From Chthoniobacterales bacterium (GTDB taxonomy: Bacteria > Verrucomicrobiota > Verrucomicrobiia > Chthoniobacterales > Chthoniobacteraceae): a stretch of 64,000 nucleotides of DNA. The notes under the pieces were generated by a model that was not told where the DNA came from, did not search any database, and worked only from the letters and a program-made list of their open reading frames with translations. Below, piece by piece: positions 38,688 to 48,600 of this stretch (positions within the stretch are counted from its first letter, which is position 1; every line of letters begins with the position of its first letter). The position numbers and the translations under genes are program-made. Location of the stretch: NCBI GenBank assembly GCA_038207335.1, contig JBBQZX010000031.1, forward strand, positions 9,507 to 73,506, written 5' to 3'.

Positions 38688-40112
38688 TCACTTCGCGTCA
38701 TGCGGAATGATGGGTTGCGGGTTTGCGACGTGTCCCAGCTCGCGGCAGCCGGGGGCGATGCCGTCGAGGCCGAGGTCGTCTTTCATAGCGGCGATGAGGG
38801 CTCGGAGTTTCGCGACGATTTCGGGATTCGCCGCGGCGACGTCCGTGGCTTCGCCGATGTCGGTGCGCAGGTTGTAGAGTTGCGGCTGGAAGTTCTTCGC
38901 GTCTGTGGCGGCGTTGCGGCCCATGGCGATTTGCAGCTTCCAATCGCCGTGGCGGACGGCGTTCAGGCGGAGGCCGTTGTAGTAAAAGAACGTCTCGTGC
39001 GCGGGCTTCGCGTCGGGCGTTCCGGCGAGCTGCGGCCAGATGTTTACGCCGTCGAGTTTGCGGTCGGCAGGGAGGGGCGCATCGGCGAGCGCGGCGAAAG
39101 TCGGCAGGATGTCGAACATGCCGGTAATGGCGTCGGTCTCGGTGCCAGCAGGGATGTTCCCCGGCCACCGGGCAATGGTCGGCACGCGCATTCCGCCTTC
39201 GAACGTGCTGGCTTTGAAGCCGCGCAGCGGGGCGTTCGAGGCGCGCGGCGTGCCGCCGTTATCGGAGGTGAAAATCACGAGCGTGCGCTCGGCGAGGCCC
39301 TGTTCGCGCACGGCGTCGAGCACACGGCCGACGCTCCAGTCCACTTCCTCGACCCAATCCGAGTAGATGCCGTTCGGCGATTTTCCAGCCCATTTCTTAC
39401 CGGGATAAATCGGGAAATGCACCGCGTTGTGCGCGAGGTAGAGAAAGAACGGAGCGTCCTTTTTCTCCGCGATGAATTTCACCGCTTCGTCGGTGTAAAT
39501 CTCCACGAGCGATTGCTGGTCATCCGGCAGCACGCGCTTCACGACCGCGCCGTTGCGCAGCAGCGGAAGCGGCGGCTGGCCTTTGCCCGTGCCCTTCGCG
39601 ACGGGAATCGGCCGACCGAGATCGCTGCGCACGCCGTCGCCGACGGGGCCCATGTCGTTCGAATAGGGCAGGCCGAAATGCAGGTCGAAGCCCTGCGCAT
39701 TCGGCAGGAATTCCGGCTGGTCGCCGAGGTGCCATTTTCCAATGATCGCCGTCGCGTAGCCCACGCTTTTGAGCACTTCGGCGACCGTGATTTCTTTCGG
39801 CGAAAGGCCCGCTTTGTCCTCGGGAAAAAGCACGTACGGAATCGGCAGCGCGCGCTTTGCGTAGCAGCCGGTCATCAGCGACGCGCGCGACGGCGAGCAC
39901 ACCGGCGCGGCGTAAAATGACGTGAGCTTGCGACCGTCTTTGGCCATGCGGTCGAGGTTCGGCGTGCGGTTCAGCTTCGAGCCAAACGGCGCGATGTCCG
40001 CGTAGCCCATGTCGTCGATGTTGATGACGATGAAGTTCGGCTTCGGCACCGCGGAGGCGTGGCTGCAAAGGAACGCGAGGAGTCCGAGGATGAGCAGAGT
40101 GGGCTGTTTCAT
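38688..40112 (-). CDS. Sulfatase (arylsulfatase A-like)
   Basis: KPNFIVINIDDMGY, CSPSRASLMTG, GKWHLG, PYSNDM, TSDNGG, FEGGMRVP. Confidence 0.93.
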   Translation of the reverse strand: MKQPTLLILGLLAFLCSHASAVPKPNFIVINIDDMGYADIAPFGSKLNRTPNLDRMAKDGRKLTSFYAAPVCSPSRASLMTGCYAKRALPIPYVLFPEDKAGLSPKEITVAEVLKSVGYATAIIGKWHLGDQPEFLPNAQGFDLHFGLPYSNDMGPVGDGVRSDLGRPIPVAKGTGKGQPPLPLLRNGAVVKRVLPDDQQSLVEIYTDEAVKFIAEKKDAPFFLYLAHNAVHFPIYPGKKWAGKSPNGIYSDWVEEVDWSVGRVLDAVREQGLAERTLVIFTSDNGGTPRASNAPLRGFKASTFEGGMRVPTIARWPGNIPAGTETDAITGMFDILPTFAALADAPLPADRKLDGVNIWPQLAGTPDAKPAHETFFYYNGLRLNAVRHGDWKLQIAMGRNAATDAKNFQPQLYNLRTDIGEATDVAAANPEIVAKLRALIAAMKDDLGLDGIAPGCRELGHVANPQPIIPHDAK

Positions 40113-43100
40113 GGTGCGGCAAGCTGGTGGATCGTCCCGTGCAGCGACCGCACGATGGGCGTGCCATCGGGGGCGCGGAGGTTGGTGGTGAGTTCGTAGC
40201 ACTGCGTGGGGGCGAGTGTCCGGATGGCGAGGGTGACGGTGCGGGTGTCGGTGCTCAGGCTGGCCGCCGTGATGTCGAGCGGGTGCTCGTTGTAGTGCTT
40301 CGAGCCGTAGTTTTTCGTGCGCTGGAGCGACCAGGCTTTCATCGCAATCGCCGTGGTCTGCACGCTGTTTGGGTCAAGCGGATCGCTGAAGGTGACGGTG
40401 AGTGCGCCTTTCGTGGCGTGGATTGCGACGGGGATGTGCGCGGGTTTTTCGCTGCGGCGGATGCGGTGGAAGCCGCCGGGAGAGGTCGCATTTCCCGCCC
40501 ACGCAAACATGCCGCAGGTATAGAGCGCGCCGTCCGCGGCGAAGCGTCCGCGCATGATGCCGGTCGCGAAGGCGGGCATCGGCAACTCGCACACCGCGCC
40601 CTGCCATTGGCCAGCGATTTCCTCATGCGGCACGATGAACGCGCGGCCGGTGCCGTAGCTGAGATTCAGCAGGCTGCCGCCGAGGTTGCCCCACGCGTTC
40701 TTCGGCACCCAGACCAGCTCGGCGGGGCTGCGATCCTTGTCGTTCGTGATCCAGACCATCGGCTGCTCCATCGCGGAATCGCTCGTGTCGGTGACGTTCG
40801 TGTAGCCGAACATGTTGCCGTAAAAGCCGCCGACTTTGACGCGGTTGATGCGGTTCTTCGGCGTCCAGAAGCCTTCCTGATCAGTGACGAAAAATGTGCC
40901 GTCGTCGTTGAGACACACGCCATTCGCGGCGCGGAAGCCAGTCGCCAAAATATCGGTGTGCGAGCCGTCGGCGCTCACGCGGAGCAGCGTGCCGTGGTGC
41001 GGGACGACGCTGTCGAGCGCGTGACGGCCCGACTTCGCGTAGTAGAAATTGCCCGCCGCATCGGTCTGCAAGCCCATCGCGAATTCATGGAAGTGCTCGG
41101 TGACTTGCGCGTCGTTGTTGAAGCACTCGATGAAGTCGGTCTCGCCGTCGCCATTCAAATCGCGCAGACGCACGAGCTGATCGCGGCACGTCACGAAAAG
41201 ATCGTCACCGCGAAACTTTACGCCGAGCGGCTGGAACAATCCCGTCGCGATCCGCTTCCACGTCAGCTTCGCGGGCGCTTTGTCCATCACGCCATCCACG
41301 CGCCACACATCGCCGTTCCAGGTCGCGACGACCGCGCCTTTTCCATCCGGCGTGAAATCGAAGCCGCCGGGGCGCATCCAGCTTTGCCACGGATTCTCAA
41401 CGGGGAGCGGAAAATTGTCGGCGATGAAAGCGCCATCGTTTTTTCCCGCCTCCGAAGTCGTCGTGAGCTCCTGCGGCCAGCGCGGCGGCCCGCCGTGCGT
41501 TAGCGGCTCCAAGTCCAGTGAAGCGGCATTCGCCTTTGCCAGCACGTCCAGCGACGCGGCATCGACGCGCGAAATGAAGAGCCGCGTCTTCGCTCCGTCG
41601 GGCAACGACGCGATCCAAAAGCCGCCTTCCTTTTTCAAAGTCCCATCGCCAATGAGCGCGACGCTCACCGTGTCCTGCGCGACGCGGAGCAGCAGCGGTT
41701 TCGCGGAGGCCGCGACATTCAGCGTGCGGGTGAAAACGGGTGTCGTGCCGTAGTCGAGCCAGCCGGGGGATTCGAGCACGCGCGTGCCGCCGATGCTCGC
41801 GGCGATCACCGCGCGCGCGCCGTGCAGATACGTTCCCTCGAAGCGCGCCCACTCGCGCGGCAGCGGGCCGTAGCGTCTGCCGTCTTTGCCGATCACGCGC
41901 GCGTCGTCGTCCCACTTTCCCTCCGGCGACGCCCAGCCGGGGCCAACGGGGTTGATGAAATGCCGCTCGCCCGTGAGGCTGGTGTGCGTGCCGTGACTGC
42001 CGTCGAAGGCGATGCCTTTCCAGTCCACGAAATCGCCCGTCGTCGCCGCGGCAACGCGCATCGTGTCGTGATCGTAGATCATCCACGCGCGGCCTTTGCT
42101 CACGCCGCCGGGGCCGTCGTCGAGACGAATCGCGATCCCTTTTTGCGCGATGTTTCCGGGCGCGATTTCAAACGTCCAAAACAGCGCCGGGCCGAAATCC
42201 ATCCGCTTGTATTGCGGTTCCGAGCGATCCTCTTTTTCCGCCTCCGCGCGCACGAGTCCGCGCGGCAGCGAGGCCAGATACGCGGGCGTGATTTCGGTGA
42301 ATTGCGACTTGTTATGCGGGCGCAGGAACGTCTCGCGAATGTATTGGATCACCGCGTATTTCTGCGCCGTCGTGTATTGCGGCTGGGGCACCATCTGGCC
42401 GAAGCCCTTCGTCAGCGTCGTGAACATCGAAAGCGGGTCCGCGCCGTTTTTGAACGGCCCTTCCGCAAAGCGCAGCGCCGTCGGCAGCGAGCCGGGTTGC
42501 TCCTTCGTGCCGTGGCAGACGACGCACAGCGTTTTGTAAATCTCCGCGCCCTCCGCGAGCGTCTTCTCGTTCCATCCGCCCACGAGTTCCGCGTGATCGC
42601 TGCGCTCCAAAGCCTGCATCCATGCGGCTCGCACGGTCACGCCCGCCGCCGGCTCGATGATCGGGCGAGCACCGCCGCTCGTCGGGGTGTGGGTAAAATC
42701 CGGCGTGTTCGCGCCCGCGCCGTCGGCTTTGAAAATGAGCGCCACCTCCGCATCCGGCAGCGCCCGCGACCACACGCGGACGCCCTCGATTTTGCCTTTG
42801 GAAAAATCCCCAGCGAAGTCCGGCGTGGCGCGTCCGACTTTGAAAATATGCCCCGCGACATCCGGTTTCGTGAGCGCCGATTTTTCCGCGACGACCTTCC
42901 CATCGAGCCACAGCCGCGCCGCGCCGCCGCGCGACGTGAGCACCGCGGTGTGCGGCTTGCCGTCGTCCACTTTGCCACCGCCCGTCATCGAGCCGAGCCA
43001 GCCGATGTCATACACGAGCCGCCCGCCGCGGATGAACAGCGCCTTCGCATCCGGCGACCATTTGCCCGCCTGCGCGCATTCGGAAAACAACGTTCCGCCG

Positions 43101-43492
43101 CCGCTCGTCTCAAACTTCGCCGCCGCCGTGAAGTCCCCGCCGAGATCGAGCTTCGCGTCGGGAAAATCCTGTGCGCGATTGTGAGAAAGTGCCGCGATTT
43201 CCTCCGGCCCGCGCACGAGCTTGCCACCCGACCAGATGGGCAAAACCGGCAAGCCGTCCGGCGGATACTCGACCGCGACATCGTGCTCCACGCCGCCCGC
43301 CAGCGGCACGAGCACCTCTTTTCCCAGCAGCACGGCACCGCTCGCTGGCGCGGAAAACTCGACGTGCAGCCGGTAATTCAGCGGCACCTCCGGCGCATCC
43401 AGCGGCACAGCATCGCGCGGCGGCGCTGCCGCTGCGAAGGACAGTCCGCACGCGAGGACGAATGTCGCGAAAAAGGGGGGGAGATTTTTCAT
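40109..43492 (-). CDS. Exported fusion: LamG-like + monoheme cytochrome c + DUF6797-like + dehydrogenase-like beta-propeller
   Basis: LamG-type DGKPH.AV...LWLDG...VRVWSRAL; CVVCH with downstream M; DLNGDGETD, FHEFAMG, GFRAANG, DQEGFW, WQGAV. Confidence 0.78.
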   Translation of the reverse strand: MKNLPPFFATFVLACGLSFAAAAPPRDAVPLDAPEVPLNYRLHVEFSAPASGAVLLGKEVLVPLAGGVEHDVAVEYPPDGLPVLPIWSGGKLVRGPEEIAALSHNRAQDFPDAKLDLGGDFTAAAKFETSGGGTLFSECAQAGKWSPDAKALFIRGGRLVYDIGWLGSMTGGGKVDDGKPHTAVLTSRGGAARLWLDGKVVAEKSALTKPDVAGHIFKVGRATPDFAGDFSKGKIEGVRVWSRALPDAEVALIFKADGAGANTPDFTHTPTSGGARPIIEPAAGVTVRAAWMQALERSDHAELVGGWNEKTLAEGAEIYKTLCVVCHGTKEQPGSLPTALRFAEGPFKNGADPLSMFTTLTKGFGQMVPQPQYTTAQKYAVIQYIRETFLRPHNKSQFTEITPAYLASLPRGLVRAEAEKEDRSEPQYKRMDFGPALFWTFEIAPGNIAQKGIAIRLDDGPGGVSKGRAWMIYDHDTMRVAAATTGDFVDWKGIAFDGSHGTHTSLTGERHFINPVGPGWASPEGKWDDDARVIGKDGRRYGPLPREWARFEGTYLHGARAVIAASIGGTRVLESPGWLDYGTTPVFTRTLNVAASAKPLLLRVAQDTVSVALIGDGTLKKEGGFWIASLPDGAKTRLFISRVDAASLDVLAKANAASLDLEPLTHGGPPRWPQELTTTSEAGKNDGAFIADNFPLPVENPWQSWMRPGGFDFTPDGKGAVVATWNGDVWRVDGVMDKAPAKLTWKRIATGLFQPLGVKFRGDDLFVTCRDQLVRLRDLNGDGETDFIECFNNDAQVTEHFHEFAMGLQTDAAGNFYYAKSGRHALDSVVPHHGTLLRVSADGSHTDILATGFRAANGVCLNDDGTFFVTDQEGFWTPKNRINRVKVGGFYGNMFGYTNVTDTSDSAMEQPMVWITNDKDRSPAELVWVPKNAWGNLGGSLLNLSYGTGRAFIVPHEEIAGQWQGAVCELPMPAFATGIMRGRFAADGALYTCGMFAWAGNATSPGGFHRIRRSEKPAHIPVAIHATKGALTVTFSDPLDPNSVQTTAIAMKAWSLQRTKNYGSKHYNEHPLDITAASLSTDTRTVTLAIRTLAPTQCYELTTNLRAPDGTPIVRSLHGTIHQLAAP

Positions 43493-45588
43493 CGGCTCGA
43501 AGTAGCAGTGCGCGGCGGCGCTTTTGGTTCTGCGTGTCCCGCGCGCAGCGGATACATCTCGCGGCCGAGCTCGCGGCTGGCTTCGATCATCTCGCGGTAG
43601 GGCGTGTCGGCGATATCGACGAAGCCGATCTGGAAATTCTCCTCATCAAGCGGGCGGCCCGTGGTCGGCTCGTCGCGGTAGGTGAACCAATGACAGCCGA
43701 CGAACTGCGGATCGCGCAGCGCGGTGCGGACATACTTCGTGTAGGCGGCGGCGCGCGCGACCTGATTTTCCACGGCTCGGAGACCGGCGTGAAAAACGCC
43801 ACGGTCGGTCGCGCCGTAGTGGAATTCGCCGACGACCAGCGGCACGTCGGCGCCGCCCTCGAAAGTGAAATCCGCGAGGTCTTTGTAGTAGAGGTTGAAG
43901 CTGACGACGTCGCAGAACTTTGCCGCGGCAGCCTGCGCAAGCGGGTTGCCCCAGGCGAAGCGGCAGCCGAGGTAGATTTGCTGCGGCGCGACCTCTTTGA
44001 TCGTGTCGCGCGCGGCGCGGAAATACTCCTCGGCGACGCGCGTGTAAAAGGAGGTGAGGTCCGGGCGCGCCTTGGCGTAATCGGGCGTGGCGGTGCTCTC
44101 GGCGAGTGCTTCCCACGAGGCGTGCGCGCTGCCCCACGCGGCATTCAGCTTCGCGATGTCGTCGTATTTTTTCCGGAGCACTTCGAGAAAGGCGCGCTTC
44201 GCGGGCTGGCTCGGGGGCGACCTCAGCGCGCTGATCGCGAGGGAGGTGTCGTCGCCCCACGACATTTCGTTGTCGGAGAAAAAGCCGAGGCACCACGGGT
44301 CGCCCGCGCTCTTGCCGCGCTTCGCTTCCATCTGCATGCGCATCTTTTCCCGGAAGCGCGGATCAAAAGGATCGGGAAATTTTCCCCAGTATCCTTCGCT
44401 GCCGGCGATCATCGGCACGCCGTAGGAGCCGATCGCGTCCGTGTAGGCCGTGCGCCGCAGCGCGGTGACATTTGCCTCGGTCCACATGCCGAGCGTGTTG
44501 ATGCCCCAGCTCCGAAAGCGGCGATGAATCCAGTCGTCATTCACCGTGCGCCAGTCCGCGCCGTATTTGCGGAAGAGATTGGCGCCGGCGAAGGAAAACG
44601 CGCGCACTTGGCGGCCCGCGTAATGGCCTTTGAGCGCGGATGGCTGGCTGATGAACTCCGCAAACTCGGGCTGCGCGCCGGGGAAGTCGGCGAAGTAATG
44701 TTCGCGCTCCTGCGTCACGGTCACGCCGCCGACACCCGCGGCGTCGATGCCATTGGAGAAAAAGAGCCGCCCCTCGGGATCGACCAGCCACCATTTGCCC
44801 GCGTGTTTTTGCGTGCGGAAAAATCCCGTCGCGTCGAGCTGCGGCCCGTCTTTCCAGCCGCCGAATTTGTCCCACTCCGCCGGGCCGGGCTGCGCGGCGA
44901 GTTCCTTCGCTTCGTCGTCGCGGCGCGCGTGCAGTTCATCGAGCGAGCGCACTTTTCCGGGCCAGTCGCGGTGCCGGTATTGGCCGAAAGTATCGATGAA
45001 CGGGAAATACGGATCGGCGTCGCTCGTCGAGGCCGTCGGCGCGGTGTAGCTGCCGTCCGCGCGGACGCTCGTGATCTCGAACGTGCGATCCGAGGCCGGC
45101 TTGGTGAGAAAGACAAGCACCTGCGTGATGCGCGCCGGATCGACCGTTGATGGCCCGCCGAGCGCGACCGGCGTTCCGCGCATTCCGAAAAGGTTTCCGC
45201 CGAGCGTGTCGCTGTGCGTGCGCCAAAGCGCGACGTGCATCGTGCCCGCGGCGCCGGGGGCGAGCTCGAGCTTTCCGCTCACGGAATGGTCCTTGCCGTT
45301 CCCGCCGTCATTGTCCACGCGGCACGCGAGCTTGAGCGCCTGCGCGCCGGTGTTTTTCACCGCGACCTCGACGGAGCCAAAGCGCGACAAATCCCAAGTC
45401 CCATCCGGCGCGACGATCGCCACGCCGGGCCATTGATGTTCATGCCCGGTCTCCACCCGCACCACGCCGGAATCGCCGCGCGAAATTTTCGCATCGGTCG
45501 TGCGCATATTGGCGAGCGATAACTCCAGCGGCGCTGCGAAGGCGCAGACGGCGGGCAGCAAGGCGATCAGCAAAAGTCTGGGGAGCAT
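43489..45588 (-). CDS. GH50 (beta-agarase-like) glycoside hydrolase
   Basis: FIDTFGQY...WPGK, ATGFFR, KWWLVDPEG, WGINTLG.W, FPDPFDP, DNEMSWG, GEFHYGA, VGCHWF. Confidence 0.85.
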   Translation of the reverse strand: MLPRLLLIALLPAVCAFAAPLELSLANMRTTDAKISRGDSGVVRVETGHEHQWPGVAIVAPDGTWDLSRFGSVEVAVKNTGAQALKLACRVDNDGGNGKDHSVSGKLELAPGAAGTMHVALWRTHSDTLGGNLFGMRGTPVALGGPSTVDPARITQVLVFLTKPASDRTFEITSVRADGSYTAPTASTSDADPYFPFIDTFGQYRHRDWPGKVRSLDELHARRDDEAKELAAQPGPAEWDKFGGWKDGPQLDATGFFRTQKHAGKWWLVDPEGRLFFSNGIDAAGVGGVTVTQEREHYFADFPGAQPEFAEFISQPSALKGHYAGRQVRAFSFAGANLFRKYGADWRTVNDDWIHRRFRSWGINTLGMWTEANVTALRRTAYTDAIGSYGVPMIAGSEGYWGKFPDPFDPRFREKMRMQMEAKRGKSAGDPWCLGFFSDNEMSWGDDTSLAISALRSPPSQPAKRAFLEVLRKKYDDIAKLNAAWGSAHASWEALAESTATPDYAKARPDLTSFYTRVAEEYFRAARDTIKEVAPQQIYLGCRFAWGNPLAQAAAAKFCDVVSFNLYYKDLADFTFEGGADVPLVVGEFHYGATDRGVFHAGLRAVENQVARAAAYTKYVRTALRDPQFVGCHWFTYRDEPTTGRPLDEENFQIGFVDIADTPYREMIEASRELGREMYPLRAGHAEPKAPPRTATSSR

Positions 45589-45621
45589 GTGGTTGGGGAG
45601 TTCCAAGAAAGGATGCGCGGG

Positions 45622-48600
45622 TTACTTCACCACGCGCAGGCGAGCGAAGCGTTTGCCGGTGGAGCCGGCGGGAAATGTCGACTTTCTAGTCTGCACGGTG
45701 CCGTTGTCGGATATGAGCTGCTCGGACACTCCGACACTGCTCCACGAGCCGGAGGCTAGGGTATCGCTCCATTCCACGGTGAAAGTCACGCCATCGGCGA
45801 GGGCGGCGTTGGCGCGGGTGTAGGTGACTTCGAGATTCGCACCGTTTTTCACCACGCCGGGCAGCGCGCGCGTCGCGGCATTCGGATTTTGCGCGGTGGC
45901 GTATTCGTAGAGGTTCAGTTCGCCGTCGCCGTTTGGATCGGCGGTGGGGCCATTGATGGCGGGGTTGGTTTCGCCCGGCCACTGGAGCGCGAGCCAGTCG
46001 GCGAAGAGCGCGGGATTGCGAGCGACCGTCACGGTGAGCGTGGCGAGCGTTTGCGCGGTCGAATTGGTTGCCGTGAGTTGCAGCACGTAGTCGCCGGCCT
46101 GGCTGAAAGTGACGCTGGTGGCGGCTTGCGCGGCATTGCCAAAAGTGACGGTGCCGGGCCCGCTCACCTTGCTCCACGCAGCGACGGGCGCGGCACCGTT
46201 GCCGGCGGTGATGCTGCCCGCGAGAGAGCCCGCGACTTGCGTGACGACGGCGGGGGCGGCCCCGGCGGAGACGATGGGCGCAGCAACCGCGGATTCATTC
46301 GCAAGGCCCGCAATCTCCCCGACGCTGAGGGCGCGGCGGTAGAAGCGGACGGCGTCCACCATGCCATCGAAGAAGTTGGTGTCGGTCTCGCTGGCGCGGC
46401 CGATGAGCATTGGCGCGGTGGAGTTGATGACCGTGGTGCTCGTCTCCGCCGCGGTGACGTCGAGCACGCCGTTGACGTAAAGTTTCGCGCGCTCGGCGGT
46501 GGGCAGGGTGCCATCGAAAACGAGGGCGATGTGATACCAGGCGCCGGTGCTGAAGACGGTGTTGCTGGAGAAGCGGTCGTTGTTGGAGTTGATGTCGATG
46601 CGGAATCTGCCGCCGTTCGTTCCGCTGCCGAAGAGGATGCCGTAAGCGTTCTGGCTGGTGTCGGAGACGCGCTTCGCGAGCAGCGCGGAGTTGGCGTTAA
46701 AGGTGTCCGCCTTAAACCAGCACGAGAGGGTGAACGCGGCGGTGGTGTCCAGCGAGGCCTGGTCGGGCACGGTGAGGAAGGCATTGCTACCATCGAGGAC
46801 GGCGGCGCCCTGGAGTTTTCCGCCGGCGGGTTGCCAGGTCACTGCGCCGCTGGTGCTGGCGTGGTTGCTGGTGCCGGAGCTGTCGGTGGCCACGGTGCCA
46901 GAGGTTTCATCGAGCTTGAGATGGAGCGCGAGCGATGAGTCCGTCGTGGAAAGCGGCGTGACGTAGATGGTGAGGTCGGCGGTGCCGGTGCCCACGGCGT
47001 TGGCGGCGGCGCAGCGGAGTTGATAGATGCCGGGTGCCGAAAAAGTGGCGTAGGTGGTAGCGGTGGTCGCGTTGGAAAAAGTGACGCTGCCCGGCCCGCT
47101 GACGATGCTCCACTGGATGGCCGCGCCCGTGGCGCCGGTGAGAGTGGCGACGAGTCGGAGGCTGGAGCCATTCGCGGCGTGCGTGGTGCTGTCGGCGGGC
47201 TCGGTGATGAGCACATCGGGCACGGCGGCAGTGAGTGAGACCTTGTCAAAAGCCGCTTCTCCGAGCCGAGTCTCATCGCCGGTCGCGAGCACGAGGCCCG
47301 CGAACACCGCGGTGCTGAGCGTCACCGTGCGCGGCACATCCACGCGCGTCCAACTCACGCCATCCGCCGACCAGTAGGGCGTGAACGCACTGCCCCGCCG
47401 CGTGAGCCGCAGCCACGGCGCGACCGGCACGGAGCCAGCCGCCGTGCTTGTGACAGCCGGGCCGGCACCCGCGGTGCTGCGGCGGAGAAAATCGATCCGG
47501 CCGGTCGTCGCATTCCAAGTCAGCGCGACGGCGCGCGAATTCGGGGCCGTGGAGTCGCGCAGCATCAGCCCAACTTTCGTGACATCCGAGACGATGTCCG
47601 CACCGAGGATGAGCGCGGTCAGCGTGCCGTCGCCGCTGAGCGGCTGGTGGATGAGATGGCACCGGTCCGAGCCGCCGCTGATGTTCCCGCCGGTCGCCTG
47701 CGTGACGAATTTCTCCCCGAGCCGGCCGCTCGTGCCGGTGAGCGCCAGCGCGCCGACATCGGCCGCCGCCCACGGGGCGGCGAAGGGTTGCGAAAGAAAG
47801 AACGCATCCGCATATGCCGTCTGCGCGCTGCTGCCGCGGAAGGCGAAAACGGTCGCTCCCGTGGCAGCCGCACCGGTGGTGAAATTCACCGTTGCCTGCG
47901 TCCAAGCGCTCGCCGCCACCGTGCTCGTGACCTGCGTGGCCCCGTGATTTTTCACGCCGAACGTGAGGCCGGCGTTGCCATTCGTGGTCCAGCCCGTGAG
48001 GCGGTAGGCGGTGCTCGGCGAGAGCCCGACGATGGATTGCTCGAGACCCGCGCTGGCTGCGCTGGCGGGGATTTTCCACGAGAAATCGCCACCGTAACTC
48101 GTGCCGTCCGCCGCCACCACCGATCCGCCGTAAATGCTGCTCCACGCGTCGCTGTCGCCGGTTTCCAGTTGCCCGTTCGTCACGCTCGCGTTTCGGCGAA
48201 GGAGAAAATCATCCACATACGCGAGCGAGCCGGCGTTGTTCGCGCGGGCCACCACGGTCGCAGAGCGGTTCGACGCGCCGGTTGTGAAAGGCACCGTGGC
48301 TTGCGCGTAGGCGTTGGTGGTCAGCGTCTGTCCGGTGGTCGGAAACCCGTGATCTTCCACACCCACGAAAAGCGACGGACTCGTAATCCCCGCGTTTCCC
48401 CAAGCGCTGAACGTGTAGCCGGTGTCCGGCATCAGCCCGCCGAGCGTTTGCCGCAGCGACGCGCCCGCGGCGGTGGTGGGCGCGAGCTTGCCCGCGCGCG
48501 CGCCGCTCTTCCCGCCCGCGCTCGACCATGTGGCTTGGTTCGTCGGATCAAACGGCGCGAGGCGACCCGCGAAGTCACCATTCGCCACGGTTTCCGCCGG

